Source of the DNA: an uncultured Nitrososphaerales archaeon
Lineage (GTDB): Archaea > Thermoproteota > Nitrososphaeria > Nitrososphaerales > Nitrososphaeraceae
NCBI GenBank assembly: GCA_963713605.1
Contig: CAVQMO010000012.1
Coordinates: 64,001 to 128,000, forward strand
Direction of reading: 5' to 3'
Length of the DNA: 64,000 nt
Shown: positions 1-10,710 of the stretch, one piece after another
How positions within the stretch are numbered: the stretch's first letter is position 1
Layout: each line of letters starts with the position of its first letter
Position numbers and translations under genes: made by a program
Notes under the pieces: model-generated
What the model saw: only the letters and a program-made list of their open reading frames with translations
Database searches by the model: none
Told to the model about the DNA's origin: nothing

Positions 1-409
1 CGAAGCGAATGAGACATTTTTCGAGACCGCGGTAAGAGAAGCTGGTCAGACAGAGGCAGCAAAACCAGACAGCGAGCAGCAGCACCTCCTAGCTCAACGG
101 AGGCAGCAAAACCAGACGGGCAGCAGGCAGCACCTCCTAGCTCAACGGAGCAGCCAAAACCAGACGGAGCAGCAGCACCTCCTGAGCTCAACGGAGCAGC
201 AAAACCAGACGGCAGCAGCAGCACCTCCTAGCTCAACGGAGCAGCAAAACCAGACGGCAGCAGGCAGCACCTCCTAGCTCAACAGAGCAGCAAAACCAGA
301 CGGCAGACGAGCACCTCCTAGCTCAACGGAGCAGCAAAACCAGACCCAATCACAAAATCCATTCGAGCAATTAGGTCAAGCGATATCAAAGCTCTTTGGT
401 GGAAATTAA
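1..409 (+). CDS. 3' end of a low-complexity repeat protein, probably secreted (5' end outside window; frame broken by indels in the repeat)
   Basis: Repeat unit reads EQQNQTAAAAPPSST, then QSQNPFEQLGQAISKLFGGN and TAA at 407-409. Confidence 0.6.
52..345 (+). repeat. About 6.5 tandem copies of a 45-bp unit
   Basis: Consensus gagcagcaaaaccagacggcagcagcagcacctcctagctcaacg; copies differ by single-base indels. Confidence 0.9.
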
Positions 410-443
410 TATCCAATAAGAGTGAGTAAACCCGAATTGAAAA

Positions 444-475
444 GCTCCCTAAATTGGGGGCCTTCATCTTTTTTT
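444..475 (+). terminator. Possible terminator
   Basis: Short gctccc/gggggc stem followed by an oligo-T tract downstream of the stop at 409. Confidence 0.4.
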
Positions 476-1131
476 GTTATCTCTTAAATTCTTCTGATCA
501 TCTACTTATTAGATCAATCTCACAAAATGTCGTATACTTTTAGATGAGTTTAGCATTCAATATTAATTCAAATCTTGGTCACCTAAGATATTATTACCAT
601 AAACACGTCGGCAAATCTCCAGATTGTAGATTGTAGAACTTTGACCTATCTGGATTGCCCAGTTAAACCCAGTCACTACGTCTCCTAAATTCTAAATAAG
701 TTAAGTTAGAAACGAATGAGCCCTAATATTTTGGACAACCAGCAAATGCTTTTGGTAATACTGCCTCCCTTGGGAGGCCACTAAAGATGCGTTCAATAAG
801 AAAACAATAACCCAGAGTACAGATAAATCGTGATCAGACCGATGCGCGAATAGAGCAGTTAGTCTGTTTCTAATAATTGGGAAATGTATTTTGTGATATG
901 GATACTTGTGTGGTATTCCTCAGGTAAACAGACATGAAACACAGCTGATAAACTCCAATTCTCACCTCTTGATGCTCCTAAATACACATTGTATGAGGAG
1001 AATACTAACACGAGACGCACTATAAGAAAGGCAGGACAATCTTCGCCAAGTGGGACATTCTATGGGCCTAACCTATAAAACTTAAAGTAAGTCACCATCC
1101 CCATCCATTTTAGTATGAACATTAAGATATA

Positions 1132-1279
1132 CTAAACTGACAGCAAATTATTCACTAAGGCGACAGCCTTTTCTTCGTCAAACCAAAGTTATATTCACCC
1201 ATGCGTACATAGGTTCCGAATCCATAAAGGACTCACCTTCCAGCACCTTGGAACAACATAGGGCTTTCCATTTACCCAT
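1132..1279 (-). pseudogene. Degraded paralogue of the small CxxC protein at 49898-50071
   Basis: MGKWKALCCSKVLEGESFMD..AWVNITLV/DEEKAVALVNNLL aligns with MGKWKCLWCSKVLEGDSFMD..AWENITLVEEEAALANKLL; internal deletion and frameshift. Confidence 0.7.
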
Positions 1280-2025
1280 GTTTTTTCCAACTGTTTAATA
1301 TCCATGTTAACATGCTGGAAGTAAGCAGGTGTGACAACAGTTAGGGTAAGGGGAAATGTATTGCCGTACCCTGCATACAGAATCGAGGTTGCATAGGCGA
1401 TCAATCGATATTCTTTGGTGATCTCGCCGGTTAAACCCGATGAATATCTAAGTTAAGGAACACCTTTTATGTGAACGCATTAATTTTAATGTGAGTTTGT
1501 CACGAATCCGCATGGTTAGATTGGGCGATAGTCTGAAGTGGTCTTTCGCCTTACCTCCCTGTGGATACATTACATGACGACCTCATTTAAGATGCTCTAT
1601 GATTGAATTCTGTTATGAAGTAGTCTAATCAATTTAATCACGATACATCAAGAGAGAAGTCATCGGCGGACAACAAGAGATAATTCTATCAATCAACATT
1701 CTTCATAATTATTACGTACCTTCTACTTTTCGCGCAACCCTGCGCTAAAGCTCTCGATTACTGAAGTAGTAACTGATTATGCAAATAACTCATTCTAACA
1801 CTTTCTTCTGTCACTAGTTATTTATTCTTAGTTGAATTGAGACATTTATATTTCAAATCCTAGGACTAGTCATCAGATTACCATGGTGTCTCTCCTTCTC
1901 CAATTCTATTTGCTTCCAGTTGTTAGCCCGTATCAAGGAGTAGAAATATATTTTAACCAAATTTATGGGTTTGCAGAATATATAATGGTGATGACAATCG
2001 AAATGAATTATTATTATTATTTTAA

Positions 2026-3093
2026 ATGCTGGAAGTACTCGTATTGCCTCTCTTGATTCAAAAGTCTTGGGTTGTATTTGTTTATGCAATAACTATTTCC
2101 ATCGAGTCCATAGTCATTGAATATTTAACAACTCACTCGTCTATACAAATTTCTCCGATTCTACTATCAGCGATAAGTATTACCTTGGGAGGTGTAATGC
2201 TTCTAATAGTAACGATCATTGTTCTTAAGAAAAGGGACGGTGTTACTATACTTTTCATTAGATCGTGGAAAAATCTTTTATTGGCATCTCTGTTTCTATC
2301 AATCGGGATATTTACATGGTATGATTCCATTAATAGAATCGGTGCTTCAAAAGAGCTCCTAATTGCAGGACCACTAGAAATTGTGATAATAGTTCTTCTA
2401 GCAAGAGCCTTCTTGAGAGAGATATTGAAAAGTATTCAGATCATTGGTATAGTCTTGGCATTATCCGGGTTCATTTTGGCCATTATGAGTGACTCTGGCA
2501 TCAATGGGGATAAAGAAAATATAGACTGGAGTGGGCTATCAAATGCATCAACATTACCCGAGGCATTCGATATCAATTTTGGTGATTTGGAGGCCATACT
2601 TTCTGCATTTGGATTTGCATTGGGTGTTCTCTTTCTAACAAAACTAGTATCAAGACATTCATCGATAGAAGTGGCAGCTTCTTCAATGCTGATTTCTGGG
2701 TTCATCCTAATTGGGTTTATGATTGTAGGAGTAGTGTTGGATGAGGCGCAAGACGTTACAACAGGTGGCACATCCATACTAACTTACAATATCGAAAATA
2801 GCCATCAACTAATACTCATTGTGGTAATCTTGATAGCATTTTCCTTGCTACCATTTGTAGGATCACTGTCATATTCTACAGGCCTAAGTAGGATAGGAGC
2901 ATCCCTTACTGCTACCATAGGCTCTTCGAGCATCATAATTACGCTAGTTGTACAGCTCCTGTTGGTAGAGGTAGGATTTCCCAGCAATCTACCCAATAAT
3001 ATATATATCGCTGTCTTAGGAGGCATCATAGGATTTTTGGGTATATATGTCATACATATGCACGACTACTCTTTGCATTCTACCAAGTCATAA
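2026..3093 (+). CDS. DMT/EamA-family transporter
   Basis: About 10 hydrophobic helices in two repeats; SINRIGAS and GLSRIGAS motifs. Confidence 0.8.
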   Translation: MLEVLVLPLLIQKSWVVFVYAITISIESIVIEYLTTHSSIQISPILLSAISITLGGVMLLIVTIIVLKKRDGVTILFIRSWKNLLLASLFLSIGIFTWYDSINRIGASKELLIAGPLEIVIIVLLARAFLREILKSIQIIGIVLALSGFILAIMSDSGINGDKENIDWSGLSNASTLPEAFDINFGDLEAILSAFGFALGVLFLTKLVSRHSSIEVAASSMLISGFILIGFMIVGVVLDEAQDVTTGGTSILTYNIENSHQLILIVVILIAFSLLPFVGSLSYSTGLSRIGASLTATIGSSSIIITLVVQLLLVEVGFPSNLPNNIYIAVLGGIIGFLGIYVIHMHDYSLHSTKS

Positions 3094-3381
3094 AAATTGT
3101 AGCTGGAAAATCTGGTACCAGTCTCCTGATTTGGAACCTGAATAATCGGAACTGATCTGTCTCTCAATCGCAGATATCGTTCATGCACCACCTCATATTA
3201 CCTGGAGCAAGATGGGTACCATTGGAGGTTTATTATGATTATAACTATGAGATTGGTTATCGATCATTACCCGCATTACTCTAGTCAATCCTAATACTAG
3301 TTAGTCCTCATCCCAGTCCTATTTTCGAATCTAGGTAATCATTCCTTACAAAGATATGGCATTTGGTAATCAAAATCAAGA

Positions 3382-4392
3382 TCATCTATACTCATCGCCG
3401 CAGTCCCCGATTATCTCAAACACATTGTTTGACTTTTTGCATACGACATCTATAGCATCAAGATCTGACCTATCCAACTTTAAGTTGAATACCTGTTCAT
3501 TACTGACTCTGTGGTCTACTATTCCAAGTCTAGTGCCGATAATAACTCCTGCTACTGATGGACTATCAAATATGTATCGTGTTGCTATATTTGCAATACT
3601 CACTTTATGTTTTTGTGCAATTGCCTTCAAATTCGACAGTAGTTCTTGAAACAAATTCCATCCACCCCATGTTTCTATCATTTGGTAGTATTTTCGCAAA
3701 CTTAATGTGTCTAATTCATCAACAGAGGGTTTCTCTCTTTCGAAATAACGTTCAGACATTAATCCGCCGCAGAGGCTTCCATATGCAAGGAGTCTGATGT
3801 CGTTCTTCTGACAGAACGGTATCATTTTTACTTCTGGTCTTCGATCAATGATTGAATATTGAATCTGGTTCGACACAATTGGTAGTTCGGCGTCCATTAT
3901 GATTTGTATTCGTTCTGTATCAAAATTTGTAAGACCTATATTTTTGATTATTCCATTATCCCTGAGATCGGCTAGGTATTTGAGGGCGTCCATGTAATAC
4001 GGATTATTATAATCCCACCAGTGAAATTGAAGCAAATCAATCGAGCTAACATTCATTCTGTTGAGAGATTTTTGGATATTTTGGATAACTGCAGAACGTG
4101 TAATTATTCCTGGACGCGGCACCCACTTTGTCAATGCCTGAATTCTGTCAAGCTCTTCTTTGCCTCTTAATTTCAGTAACCTGTGTCTGAATTCTCCTAT
4201 AAGATCTTCTGCTGGCCCATAAATATCTGCCAGATCCCAACTAGTAAACCCTGAATCATGATATCTTATCATATCTTCAACTGCCTTTTCATGATCAATA
4301 TACCCATGTCCGCCTGCAACCTGCCACATGCCATTGAGGATTCTGCATACTGTCAATTCAGGATCAAGTTTGTATGATGGTAGCTTATTCAT
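3382..4392 (-). CDS. Aldo/keto reductase
   Basis: DLADIYG, IDLLQFHW, IGLTNFD, NQIQYS and AYGSLCGG motifs. Confidence 0.93.
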   Translation of the reverse strand: MNKLPSYKLDPELTVCRILNGMWQVAGGHGYIDHEKAVEDMIRYHDSGFTSWDLADIYGPAEDLIGEFRHRLLKLRGKEELDRIQALTKWVPRPGIITRSAVIQNIQKSLNRMNVSSIDLLQFHWWDYNNPYYMDALKYLADLRDNGIIKNIGLTNFDTERIQIIMDAELPIVSNQIQYSIIDRRPEVKMIPFCQKNDIRLLAYGSLCGGLMSERYFEREKPSVDELDTLSLRKYYQMIETWGGWNLFQELLSNLKAIAQKHKVSIANIATRYIFDSPSVAGVIIGTRLGIVDHRVSNEQVFNLKLDRSDLDAIDVVCKKSNNVFEIIGDCGDEYR

Positions 4393-4724
4393 GCCACATT
4401 TCTATTGTTCACTATATCTAAAGGATTGGTACTAGCTCTGCAGAAGACGCCATATGGTCGGTGACGGCGGAATGTATAACAAAGGCAAACACAGATCCGT
4501 AGGTCTATTTCATTAAAACAACTACAACAGCAGCAAGGAAAGGAGATTATAGTTAACCATCGACTCATAGAGAAATCTCCCACCTGACTGAAGACTCAGT
4601 TGAGCATGGACTTAGGCGGAAATATCTTGTTTATACACGAGATCGATCGAGCGAATCATATTGTGAGGATAGGCAAAAAAAGATGCAACAAATAAGTATT
4701 CGTTCATGAACAATAACAAATAGG

Positions 4725-5534
4725 ATGGTAGATCGCAACATAACAATAAAAGGTTCCAATATAAGATACAGAGAATTTGGAGAAAGTAGTGGAACCTCTA
4801 AGCATCTTTTGTTTCTTCACGGCCTTGGTTCTTCATCGGACAGGTGGATAGATATTCCTGAAGCGTTCTCAAGACATTATCACACAGTAGCCGTGGATCT
4901 AATAGGTTTCGGCGGAAGCGACTCGCCTCGACTCGATTATACAATAAATACTTTCAGAGAATTTGTTTTGGATTTCATGAGTTCCATTCAAATTGACGAT
5001 GGTAAGACAACCATAATAGGCCACTCTCTTGGAGGATATATCGCAGCTGAAATAGCTATTGAAAATAGGAGTATGGTAGACAGGTTAGTGTTAATAGACT
5101 CATCAGGAATGCTTGATGGACCTACTCCTTTACTAGAGAAGTATCTTGATGCAGCTATCAGTGCGTCCCACGAAAAAGTAAAAAAAGTATTTGAACAATT
5201 AGTTGCTCAGTCTTGGAGGGTCATTCCTATACTGGTTGATGTTTTCATAAATAGGATCAATAGACCAGGAGCAAAACATGCCTTCGAATCAGCTTTTTTT
5301 AATAGTACCGGTACACAAATTGGCTTCCATAGGCTAAAGAAAATTCAGGATGTTCCCACTCTAGTCGTATGGGGCAAAAGCGACAATTTGATACCGCTTG
5401 AACATTCAAAATTGTTTGAACAAACTATTAAGAATTCCTTACTGCAAATAGTAGAAGATGCTGGACATTCTCCATTTGCCGAGAAACCCGCTATCGTTAG
5501 CGAAATGTTACACGAATTTTTAAATTGTGAGTGA
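4725..5534 (+). CDS. Alpha/beta-fold hydrolase
   Basis: FLHGLG, DLIGFGGS, GHSLGG nucleophile elbow, WGKSD and AGH. Confidence 0.93.
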   Translation: MVDRNITIKGSNIRYREFGESSGTSKHLLFLHGLGSSSDRWIDIPEAFSRHYHTVAVDLIGFGGSDSPRLDYTINTFREFVLDFMSSIQIDDGKTTIIGHSLGGYIAAEIAIENRSMVDRLVLIDSSGMLDGPTPLLEKYLDAAISASHEKVKKVFEQLVAQSWRVIPILVDVFINRINRPGAKHAFESAFFNSTGTQIGFHRLKKIQDVPTLVVWGKSDNLIPLEHSKLFEQTIKNSLLQIVEDAGHSPFAEKPAIVSEMLHEFLNCE

Positions 5535-5596
5535 GTGATTACTATGTACCTATATAAAACGCGTGACCTGAAAAAAGGTGAAAGGACGGTATCATC

Positions 5597-6652
5597 ATGA
5601 ACAGGGATATCTTTGGAATTCATCATGTTACGGCGGTAACAAGTGATCCACAGAGGAATATTGATTTTTACACTGGAATTTTGGGACTTAGATTTGTAAA
5701 ATTAACAGTAAATCAAGATGATCCGACATCGTACCATCTTTATTATGGAGATGAGCTTGGACGGCCGGGAACTATTCTTACTTTCTTTCACTGGCCCAAT
5801 ATTCCTAAGTGACATCGGGGAACTAGCCAAGTGATCGCCACGGCCTTTCTGGTTCTGGAGAGTTCTATAGATTACTGGATGGATAGATTGAAGAAAAATC
5901 AGATAGAATTTCATGGCCCGTCTACGCGTTTTGATGACGAACAGGTATTATCTCTGCACGATCCAGATGGGCTAGAATTGGAAATTGTTGCACATAAGTC
6001 GGCAGATGATCGGAGCTCATACATTTGGAAGGAGGGTCCGATACCAACAGAACACGCCGTTCGAGGATTTTACTCTGTAACTCTGTCAGAGGAAGGATAC
6101 GAACATACTGCCTCAGTTTTGACCAATGAATTGGGGTTTGTTCCTACACGTCAGGACGGAAGTCGGTTCCGCTATGAGATTCCTACTGGCAATTCATCCT
6201 TCTCCGCCAAAAGCGACACAGAGGATGGGGGTTTGCAGGGCGGAGCTAAAATTGTTGATGTCCTTTGTCTACCGTACACACAACAGGGAGTTATAGGAAT
6301 TGGTTCAGTCCATCATGTAGCTTTTCGTACCCCTACAGACGCTCAACAACAGGTGCTTCGCCACAAACTAGTTAGAGCTAGATTGAACGCAACTCCTGTA
6401 ATTGACCGGTTCTACTTTCATTCTGTATATTTCCGTGAACCTGGTGGTGTCCTTTTCGAAATCGCCACAAATCCTCCTGGATTTACGGTAGATGAGAAGG
6501 CCGAAGAGCTTGGCACTAACTTGGTGCTTCCTCCTTGGCTAGAATCTATTCGTGGGGACCTTGAGAAAATTCTACCCGCGATAGTCCATCCAAAAAAGGG
6601 AATCAAGACTAGCGGTGACGGAGGAACTAATAGAGTTTCTGATTCACGATAG
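5597..6652 (+). CDS. Ring-cleaving dioxygenase (VOC/glyoxalase, MhqA/MhqO-like), interrupted by an in-frame TGA at 5810-5812
   Basis: GIHHVTA, VKLTVNQDDP, GSVHHVAF, DRFYFHSVYFREPGGVLFEIAT; ORFs 5597 and 5831 are in the same frame. Confidence 0.88.
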
Positions 6653-6670
6653 AATCAATAGGTGGAATAG

Positions 6671-7320
6671 ATGAAAGAAAAAGACCAACTAGGATTTAAT
6701 CATCGATTTCTTGCATCAGAGCACAACAGTCCAGATAGAATCGATGACTCTGCTATTATTGCACGGGACTGGAGGGGACGAGAATGATCCAATTCCGGTG
6801 GCTAGGATGATAGATACTGCAGGAGCTTCAATTCTAAGTCCTCGTGGCAAGGTGCTCGAGAATGGTCTGCCAAGGTTTTTTCGTAGATTATCAGAAGGAG
6901 TCTTTGATTTAAAAGATTTGAAATTTCGTACCCATGAACTAGCAGATTTTCTACAGAATGCATCAAAGCTCTACAAGTTTAATTTGGAACAGACTGTGGC
7001 AGTAGGGTACTCCAATGGCGCCAATATCGCTGCAAGCATGCTATTGCTTAGACCTGAGGTACTCGCCGGTTCTATTCTGTTTAAGAGCTATGGTTCCATT
7101 TGTACCTGAATCAGTCCCTAATTTGTCAGGCAAGTATATATTCATGTCTGCTGGTCTACACGATCCTATCATACCCAGCCCCGGAACAAAAAGTCTTTTC
7201 GATCTACTAAGGAGAACTGGATCAAATGTTTCATTAAGATGGCAAAATAGTGGACATGCACTAACCCAAAAAGATGTGAGTGAGGCCAGAGAATGGCTAT
7301 CAGCATCTTTCACTACGTGA
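6671..7320 (+). CDS. Phospholipase/carboxylesterase (MhqD-like alpha/beta hydrolase), two frameshifts
   Basis: LLHGTGGDE, SPRGKVLENG, RFFRR, GYSNGANIA, GLHDPI and GHAL; shifts near 6740 and 7080. Confidence 0.85.
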
Positions 7321-7809
7321 ATTCTTAGGCTGAGAATTTGATTGACTGACTAAGATTTTTTGACTAAATTAAAAAGTTCTTCCGGTAAGATGAGGTTTAT
7401 CCGTTGTATTGTTTTTCAAGTCCTTCAACTAATCAGATGAGATTTATTGATCTATGCGTAGGAACAACGCGTGTTCAACATTCCCCTCACCACATAACAA
7501 TTAGTATACAGCATTAATATACCTGATTCACATCGAGGGTTTATGTAATGAAATAAAAATACGTCGTTACATCCTCCACGTCAAGAAATTCCAAGAATTA
7601 TGTCTGTTACTATTTAAAGTATAGCCAACCGAAAGTGAAAGCGAGTAAATTATATTTGAGATCTGTGGAATAGTTTCAATGAGTTCATAGTATAGTAATT
7701 CATAGTATAGTACAGTAATGTGTAGAACCATAATTGTAGATTTCCAATCCTGCCTTTTGAAATTCCATCTGAATGCTGCCCTTCATCTACGTAGTGTACA
7801 TACTGAAAT

Positions 7810-8412
7810 CTACAATGGAAGATGCCAAATCGGATCCCATCTAGATTCATCCTCCTCAAGTGGCAATTTATCGTTTGAAACAGCTCTCATCATATTCATC
7901 TCTTCGCGACTATTTCGCGCCTTTTGTCGGCCTATGATAGGAACGAATGGATAGAATTTGTCAAGTTCGTAATCATAGATCAAATGGTAAGGTTGATGTA
8001 TGCTTCCTTTTTTTCCAAATTCGAAAACAGCAGACTTTAACAGGATCATAGATCTTTTTTGCTCCAAAGTCTCGCTTACCACTGTTATGCATGCTACACT
8101 GTCTTCTATTGATCTCGCGTCAATCACTAACCAGAGGAGGTCATGGTACTTGTCAATACTAACGTCATATGACAGCTTTAAGTCAGTTTTCTTACTTGCT
8201 TCCAAGAGATTTTCAATAGATAGTTTGAGCTCATTGAAGCAAACATCAGCATCAGCCTTCTTGATACATATACAACATCTTCCGGTATATATCAAATTGA
8301 GTCCCGTTTCAAGGCTGATGTATGCTGAAGATAATGTAAATATCGCATCTGAATCAGAATTAGTTTTTCTACTATTACCAATACTATCTATGAATCTTTT
8401 GAAAAATGTCAT
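7810..8412 (-). CDS. PspA-associated protein, PspAB-like
   Basis: DAIFTLSSAYISLE, YxxYxxxxxKFYPFVP and C-terminal LPLEEDESRWDPIW resemble the archaeal PspAB family. Confidence 0.7.
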   Translation of the reverse strand: MTFFKRFIDSIGNSRKTNSDSDAIFTLSSAYISLETGLNLIYTGRCCICIKKADADVCFNELKLSIENLLEASKKTDLKLSYDVSIDKYHDLLWLVIDARSIEDSVACITVVSETLEQKRSMILLKSAVFEFGKKGSIHQPYHLIYDYELDKFYPFVPIIGRQKARNSREEMNMMRAVSNDKLPLEEDESRWDPIWHLPL

Positions 8413-8954
8413 TTAGTGCCCTTCTCACATTAATTATATTAAATAATCATTAATATACTAATAATTATATGAGTAAGCATCAATTAGAGCCGGTTAATTC
8501 TTATTTGGTAGAATAGTCTTAAACCTTATTTTGTGGCTGGTACCACTGGTTGAATTAACTAGTGATATGTCCATCCCTACCATGGAAGGTGTCACTTCAT
8601 TTTTAAAATTTTAGCAGTATTTGAACAATTAAGTTGCATTTTAGAGCTAAATCTAGCTCTCACAGCACCTAAGGAATGGAATCCATACTAGGCAGAATAT
8701 GAAATATGAAGTACATTCAGCAAATAAGGAATATAATTTCAGTAGCTACTGCAATACTTCAAAAAAATAGAATATTATTTGTTATCCATACGTTCCTTTA
8801 ATACAGTATCAAATTACTAACGTTTCTCGCTGCAGTATAATTGCGATAATATGTGGTCTGTAGGAATTCGTTCACGATTAAAGCAAAAAAAGATAGTAAC
8901 GGAGGTTGACGTAATCTCCCTAGCATTATAGCATAAAATAATGCAGTCAAACCG

Positions 8955-10256
8955 TTATGATTGCTCCGTACTATTGTGTTGAAGCGAACTTACTGGCCTC
9001 TCCTCCAGTACTGCATCCAAATCCAACACATTTCCATTCCTGAATACACTTAGAACTACATGATCGCCAGGAGACTTATTCCCCTCTATATAGGAAACTA
9101 ACTGCTCAAACTCCCTTATCTTATCTCCATCAACTGCTACTATTACATCTCCCCCGTGCTTTCTGCCATATTGATCGATTGTAGTCCCGTTCAACCCGGC
9201 CTTGTCTGCAGGACCCGCCTGTACTATCGTATTTACAGATACTCCCTTCAGATTTTGGGTTATATTTGCAATACTAGCTGCCAAATCAGAAGTAAGGGTG
9301 GCTCCTGTAAATCCTAGGTACGGATGAGTATAGTTTCCTTCGGCAATCAGAGCTGGAACTATTTTTTGTACGAGGTTAGATGGTATTGCGAAATTCACAC
9401 CTCCCGGAAAGCCTCCAAAAGTAACTCCCACTACCCTACCTTGTGTGTCCAATAGCGGACCTCCGGAGTTACCAGGGTTCACAGCAGCGTCAGTTTGAAT
9501 TACGTCGGGAATCGAAAAGCCAATACCAGGGGCCGGAACTAATCTGCCTACTTGACTCACTATACCTGTTGTCATAGTTCCAGCAAGTCCATAAGGATTT
9601 CCGATAGCGATCACTGGGTCACCTACTTGTAAAGCTGACGAGTTGGCAAGTTGGAGTGCATTTACGTGTTGTCCTTGCTCCAAGGTATTATTTTCTATTT
9701 CAATAATTTTTAGAACTGCTAAGTCTACGTATGGATCTACTGCTGTGATGTTGGCCCTAGATCTGTCTCCATTTGTAAATGTCACATCTACTACTTTGGC
9801 GTTCGCAACCACATGATTATTGGTAAGAATATGTCCCTCTTGATCGAATACAAAACCAGATCCCAATGCTGTTCTATTCTCTTGCGAAGGATCTACAGCG
9901 ATACCTGTTTGGGGTACCGTTCTAGTTATTTGTACAACGGATCCTTGTGTCTGTTTGAATACATCATTAAAAACGCTGCTGTTATCCCTTGTTAAGGGCA
10001 TGACCGGTGAAGAAGCATTTGCCTGCCCTAAATCCGAATCATAATCAATATTCAACCCTTGCTGCGGATGAGGTAGTTGGGCAAAGACGATAGAATCAAT
10101 CAATTCTGGTGATAGATAAACTAATAAGAAAGCCAACGACACTGAAGTTGCAAGCACGATTGTTTTTGACTTATACCCGATAATTACCTTATCAATCTCA
10201 TCAAAAGTCATTATGCCGGTCTCTCTATTACTCTCATTATTATTGTAATTGCACAT
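8955..10256 (-). CDS. htrA: HtrA/DegP serine protease with PDZ domain, membrane anchored
   Basis: GSGF, LTNNHVV, DLAVLK, QTDAAVNPGNSGGPL and a C-terminal PDZ (PADKAGL, GDVIVAVDG). Confidence 0.95.
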   Translation of the reverse strand: MCNYNNNESNRETGIMTFDEIDKVIIGYKSKTIVLATSVSLAFLLVYLSPELIDSIVFAQLPHPQQGLNIDYDSDLGQANASSPVMPLTRDNSSVFNDVFKQTQGSVVQITRTVPQTGIAVDPSQENRTALGSGFVFDQEGHILTNNHVVANAKVVDVTFTNGDRSRANITAVDPYVDLAVLKIIEIENNTLEQGQHVNALQLANSSALQVGDPVIAIGNPYGLAGTMTTGIVSQVGRLVPAPGIGFSIPDVIQTDAAVNPGNSGGPLLDTQGRVVGVTFGGFPGGVNFAIPSNLVQKIVPALIAEGNYTHPYLGFTGATLTSDLAASIANITQNLKGVSVNTIVQAGPADKAGLNGTTIDQYGRKHGGDVIVAVDGDKIREFEQLVSYIEGNKSPGDHVVLSVFRNGNVLDLDAVLEERPVSSLQHNSTEQS

Positions 10257-10710
10257 TTTTTTCTTATCTCCTCAGTAAATAAAGGATTTGACTATTGTGT
10301 GTTTTGGCAGTTTTGGCAATTCTTGTCTGAACTCTGTATAAACCTCATTCTAAAGAAGCTTACAAATGTTTTGAGTACTCGAACAATCAATGAGGTAACC
10401 AAATCACCCCCCTACAGACGATCCTAGTCATGGGTAAATGATATCTTCCGTCACGGCACTATGCGACAGGATGTGTTTGGTAGATGAATAAATGTGCAAT
10501 GGCCCCAAACAGTATTCCAAACCCTGATCGTCCATTATTCCTCGATTCTGAGTGTCTGGTTTAAGCGGTATCTGGGGATTAAGATATTTTCAATTCTTAC
10601 ATTGCTCCATTTTTCCTCTAGTAATCACCTAAAAAGGGGAATTAATATATATTGCGAGAGATATACAAATGACTGGCTAACACGGGCTTAGCTATAAAGA
10701 TGAGCGAAAA

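Noticed and set aside
52..345. Possible CRISPR array
   Set aside because: Head-to-tail repeats without unique spacers; the unit is 15 codons and reads as protein; no cas genes
5597..6652. Genome-wide UGA recoding or selenocysteine
   Set aside because: Many genes in the window end at TGA, and the site is not a Cys position
8000..8416. Antisense ORFs of the track (e.g. 8000, 16946, 35245, 39656, 60084)
   Set aside because: Shadows of well-supported genes on the opposite strand
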